From an uncultured Acidobacteriota bacterium (GTDB lineage Bacteria; Acidobacteriota; Polarisedimenticolia; J045): a stretch of DNA of 64,000 nucleotides. The position numbers and the translations under genes were made by a program. Below are positions 59,953 through 64,000 of this stretch, one piece after another. The notes beneath the pieces are model-generated. The model was not told where the DNA came from and did not search any database. It saw nothing but the letters and a program-made list of their open reading frames with translations. Position 1 is the stretch's first letter; every line of letters starts with the position of its first letter. The stretch lies in assembly GCA_963702425.1 (NCBI GenBank), contig CAVPCQ010000040.1:75515-139514 (forward strand). The letters are read 5' to 3'.

Positions 59953-61356
59953 ATGCCTCACTTCGACGTCGTCATCATCGGCGCCGGGCCGGCCGGCGAG
60001 CGGGCCGCGATCCAGGCCGCGCGCCACCAGAAGACGGCCGCGCTCATCGAGCGCGCCCACGTGATCGGCGGCACCCGGATCAACTGGGGCACGATCCCCA
60101 GCAAGACGCTCCGCGAAAGCGCGATGTACGTCCACGCGCTGAAGAAGAGCAGCCTCTACGGGATCCGGATCGAGTTCCCCGCGGAGATCACGATCGCCGA
60201 CTTCATGACCCGCGAGCGGGCGGTCGTCCAGCAGGAGCTGGAGCTGGCCAACCGCTCGCTCGACCGCTACCAGGTGCAGGTCTTCCGCGGCGCCGGGCGG
60301 TTCGTGGATCCGCACACCGTCGCCGTCCACGGCGCCGACGACCGGACCCGCGCCCAACTGACGGGCGACGTGGTCGTGATCGCGACCGGCACGCACCCGG
60401 CCCGGCCCGTCGACGTTCCGTTCGACGGCAAGACGGTCGTCGACAGCGACACGATCCTCGCCGTGCCACGCATGCCGCGCTCGATGATCGTGCTCGGCGC
60501 GGGGGTGATCGGCGTGGAGTACGCCTCGATCTTCGCAGCGCTCGGGATCGACGTGACGCTGGTCGACACGCGCGATCAGCTCCTCCCCTACCTCGACCGC
60601 GAGATCGCGCAGATCCTGGAGACCGAGCTGCGCCGCCTGGGCGTCGTGCGGATTCCCGACGACCACTACGAGACCATCGAGCGGATCGAGGGCGATCCGC
60701 CGTCGGTCCGGCTGACGACGCAGGCCGGCAACCAGCTCGAGGCCGACCTGCTGCTCTACAGCGTCGGCCGGCAGGGCAACACCGACGACCTGGGGCTCGA
60801 CGCCGTCGGCCTCGCCGCGAACGCGCGCGGCCTGCTCGACGTCAACGAGTTCTGCCAGACCACGCTGCCGCACATCTACGCGGTCGGCGACGTCATCGGC
60901 TACCCCGCGCTGGCCTCGACCTCGATGGAGCAGGGCCGCCAGGCGATCCGCCACGCCTTCGACATCCCCGGGCTGAAGTCGCGGACCGAGACGCTGCCCT
61001 TCGCGATCTACGCGATCCCCGAGGTCGGCTACGTCGGCGAGACGGAAGAACAGCTGCGCGAGGCGAAGGTCCCGTACGTCATCGGACGCGGGCGCTACGA
61101 CTTCAACGCGCGGGGCCAGATCACCGGGCTCACCGGCGGACTCCTGAAGCTGCTCTTCGAGAAAGAGACGATGCGCCTGCGGGGCGCCCACATCGTCGGC
61201 GCCACCGCCAGCGAGCTGGTCCACATCGGGCAGGCCTTCCTCGCGAAGGGGGCCACCGCCCGGGACATCGCCGAGACGCTCTTCAACTACCCGACCTTCT
61301 CGGACATGTACCGCCACGCCGGACTCGAGGCGCTGGGGCGGGGACAGCAACCGTAA
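59953..61356 (+). CDS. sthA: Soluble pyridine nucleotide transhydrogenase (SthA/UdhA-like)
   Basis: GAGPAG, WGTIPSK, GAGVIGVEYA, GYPALASTSMEQGR, FNYPT. Confidence 0.88.
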   Translation: MPHFDVVIIGAGPAGERAAIQAARHQKTAALIERAHVIGGTRINWGTIPSKTLRESAMYVHALKKSSLYGIRIEFPAEITIADFMTRERAVVQQELELANRSLDRYQVQVFRGAGRFVDPHTVAVHGADDRTRAQLTGDVVVIATGTHPARPVDVPFDGKTVVDSDTILAVPRMPRSMIVLGAGVIGVEYASIFAALGIDVTLVDTRDQLLPYLDREIAQILETELRRLGVVRIPDDHYETIERIEGDPPSVRLTTQAGNQLEADLLLYSVGRQGNTDDLGLDAVGLAANARGLLDVNEFCQTTLPHIYAVGDVIGYPALASTSMEQGRQAIRHAFDIPGLKSRTETLPFAIYAIPEVGYVGETEEQLREAKVPYVIGRGRYDFNARGQITGLTGGLLKLLFEKETMRLRGAHIVGATASELVHIGQAFLAKGATARDIAETLFNYPTFSDMYRHAGLEALGRGQQP

Positions 61357-61402
61357 GCCGGTAAGCCGGCCGAATCGGGGACAGCAACTGTTAGCCGGTA
61401 AG
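61339..61402. repeat. 27-bp imperfect direct repeat, period 37, at a convergent gene junction
   Basis: cggggacagcaaccgtaagccggtaag and cggggacagcaactgttagccggtaag. Confidence 0.85.
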
Positions 61403-63861
61403 TCCCGCCCGCCACGCCAGCGCGATCCGCACCGTCGCGGTGTCGGCCTTGCGCGGCTTCACCTGCTCGACCTCGACTGCCAGCGCCGCCGGGTCGTGCG
61501 CCGCGTCCAGCCTGGCGATCTCCGCCCGGACCTCGGCCTCCAGCTCCTCGAGCTTGCGCTTCGCCTCGGTGACCCCCTCGGCCGCGCGCGTGACGTCGTC
61601 CTTCTCCTTGACCGTCTTCGACGCCCCGCCGATCGCGCGTCCCACGCCGCCGAAGCTGCGCCGTCGGCCGAAAAGCGCGCCGAAGATCGCCGCACCGGTG
61701 TTGACGGCGGTCTGCACGGTCCGCTCCTGGAGCTGAGACGACTCGCGGGCGTGGCGCTCCTCGGCCTTCCGTACCCCCTCCTGCAACCGCTCGACCTTGA
61801 CCGCGTAGCGCTTCTTCAGGTCCTCCAATGCGGCGTCGCGCCGTTCGCGCGCGATCAGCGCGAGGCGGGCGCGGAACTCCGCCTCGCGCTCCCCCGCCCG
61901 GCTGGTCTCCTCGAGCACGGGGGCGACGAAGACCGCCAGCGTCGCGGTGCGATAGACGTGCTCGCCGAGCCCCTTGTCCCAGCGCGCGAGGCGCCGCGAT
62001 TCGAATGCGTCCGACGGGGGCGGAATGAACCGCGCGCCGTCGGGCGCCGGCGCCCCGGCAGCCGGTGGTCCTGGCAACTCCGCTGAGGCGGTCCAGGGGT
62101 CGTCGAGATCGGTGCCCGTTTCGAGCGGAGCGAGGTACGCGAGCTCCCGCCACGCGTCGACGCCCAGCTTGGCGGCGACGAAGTGCGCGCGCGCGTGGCC
62201 GAGCAGCGCGGGGCGATAGACCGGTGCCGCCGCGACGGGTCCCGGCAGGAAGGTCTCGTTGAGGCCCGAGGGGATGACCGGCCGTGCGCCGGAACGGGGA
62301 CTGGCTCCGGATCCGGGCGCCTCACGAGACGGAACGACCCCGGCCGCCGCCCCGGTTCCGGTGCCTGTCCCCGTTCCGACCCCCGTCGCACCTCCCCGCA
62401 GCCGCTGGATCTCCGTGCGCGTCAGCGGGCCGCGCAGGTACGACAGCGCCCAGCGCGTCTGGAACGAGACGGGTCCCTCCTCATAGATGCTGCTCAGCAG
62501 GAAGACGCGTTTTCCGAGCGCCCCCATCGTCGCCGCCATCGCAGCCCGATCGAACCCCTTCCCGGTCGACGCCGCCGCCCCCTCGAGCCCCTCCAGCACG
62601 CGGTCGCGGTCGCGATCGGTCTGCAGCCGCCCGACGAACCACATCCCGGCGTTGGCCAGCGCCTTGTAGTCGAGGTCGACCGGATTCTGGGTCGCCAGCA
62701 CCACGCCGATGCCGAACGCCCGGGCCTGCTTGAGCAGCGTCAGCATCGGCTTCTTCGACGGCGGGTTGGCGACCGGCGGGAAGAAGCCGAAGACCTCGTC
62801 CATGTACAGCAGCGCGCGCAGGCTGGTCGTCCCCGGCTGCGTCCGCATCCACGCCACCAGCTCGTTGAGCAGCAGCGTCACGAAGAACATCCGCTCGGCG
62901 TCGGAAAGGTGGGCGATCGACAGCACGGCAAGCCGCGGCTTCCCCTCCGGCGTGAAGAGCAGGCGCGGGATCTCGAGTGGCTCCCCTTCCCGCCACGCCG
63001 CGAAGCCCGGGGACGCCAGAAGATTGTTCAGCGCCAAGGCCAGCGCGAAGCGGTCCTTGTCGGGGAAGAAGGCGTCGAGCGGGATGACGCCGACCTGCTC
63101 GAACGGGGGCTTCTGGACCGCGGCGATCAGTGCCGCCAGGTCGAGATCGCGTCCCGCCGTCCAGGCCTGCTCGAAGATCGCGGAGAGCAGGATCCCCTCG
63201 CGGTCGCGCACCGGGTCGGCCGCGATCCCGGCCAGCGCGAGCAGGCCCGTGACGGTCGCGGTGACGCGGTCGCGCAGCGCCTCGGGATCCGCGGGGGAAG
63301 CCGCGTAACGGCCGTCGGCTGCGGTCGCGCCGGCCGCGCCGGCGCCCCCCCGGCCAAGCCGCCCGCGCCGCCCGGCGCCGCGAACGAGCGGAGCAGTGCG
63401 ATCGGGATCCCCGCGGTCGAGCCGGGCGTGAAAACCGCGACCTGCGCGGCTTCCTTGAAGCGGCCGACGCGCGCGCCGTCCTGCCCCCACTCGGCCAGCC
63501 CCGCGCGCCACGCGGCGGCCGTCCTCTCCGCCAGCGCGTCGGCCGTGATCCCCTCGCGCGCCGCCGCGCCCTCGTCGACCCACGGCCGGAAGTCCGCCGC
63601 GCGCAGCGCCGGGAACGCCAAGGCCAGGTTCGCCAGGTCCCCCTTGGGATCGATCACCAGCGCCGGCACGCCGTCGATCGCGGCCTCCTCCAGCAGCGAC
63701 ACGCCGAGACCGGTCTTCCCGCTGCCGGTCATCCCGATGATCACGGCGTGCGTGACGAAGTCCTTCGCGTCGACGAGCAGCGGCTCGCCGGACGGCTGCT
63801 TCGCCGCCGCGCCGTACACGCCCCCGAGGTAGAAGACGCCGAGCTTCTCGTAGTCGATCAT
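61391..63861 (-). CDS. HerA/FtsK-superfamily (DUF87/DUF853-like) ATPase; apparent frameshift at about 63345
   Basis: Walker A GMTGSGKT, IDPKGD, Walker B LLYMDE, LATQNP, C-terminal coiled coil. Confidence 0.85.
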
Positions 63862-64000
63862 GCGTGGTCTCCCGCCGGCCTGCCGACGATGCTCCGAGTC
63901 TCTGGTGGAGGGGCGCCGGGCCGGAAGGCTAGCCCACGCCGAAACGCGGCGTCCAGCCCGCTGCCGCGAGCCCCACGCGCGACCGCCTGGGCTATCCTCT

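Noticed and set aside
4102-63861. Many frameshifted genes as pseudogenes or programmed frameshifts
   Set aside because: The indels are mostly single-base and often in G/C runs, the motifs on both sides are intact and there is no stop-codon decay, so long-read error is the simplest explanation; short-read polishing would decide

Overview
High-GC bacterial chromosomal segment. Gene content and the style of the secreted proteins suggest an Acidobacteriota-like organism (inference). About 14 indels, mostly single-base and often in G/C runs, break otherwise intact genes and look like long-read assembly error. In order the window holds: a partial HNH gene; a sixA/TMTC-like glycosyltransferase/methyltransferase/GT9 operon; several large secreted proteins; a motAB pair with no flagellar genes nearby; a 12.6-kb redox operon (Cys-rich protein, StnABC-like transhydrogenase, fused NfnAB, zinc-ribbon ferritin, two DRTGG proteins, a Ser/Thr kinase, a degenerate [FeFe]-hydrogenase-like protein); an integrase-free C5-MTase/Vsr/endonuclease cassette bounded by a 106-bp direct repeat; DUF4139, glnA, an M1 peptidase, csp, a desaturase and a channel; a probable UxxC selenoprotein thioredoxin lipoprotein next to rubrerythrin; a 2607-aa lipoprotein with two subtilases each inserted inside a split PKD-like domain; two serine hydrolases; malQ, glgC, sthA and a HerA-like ATPase. 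I saw no rRNA, tRNA or CRISPR array. Family assignments come from motif recognition by eye, not from database searches.
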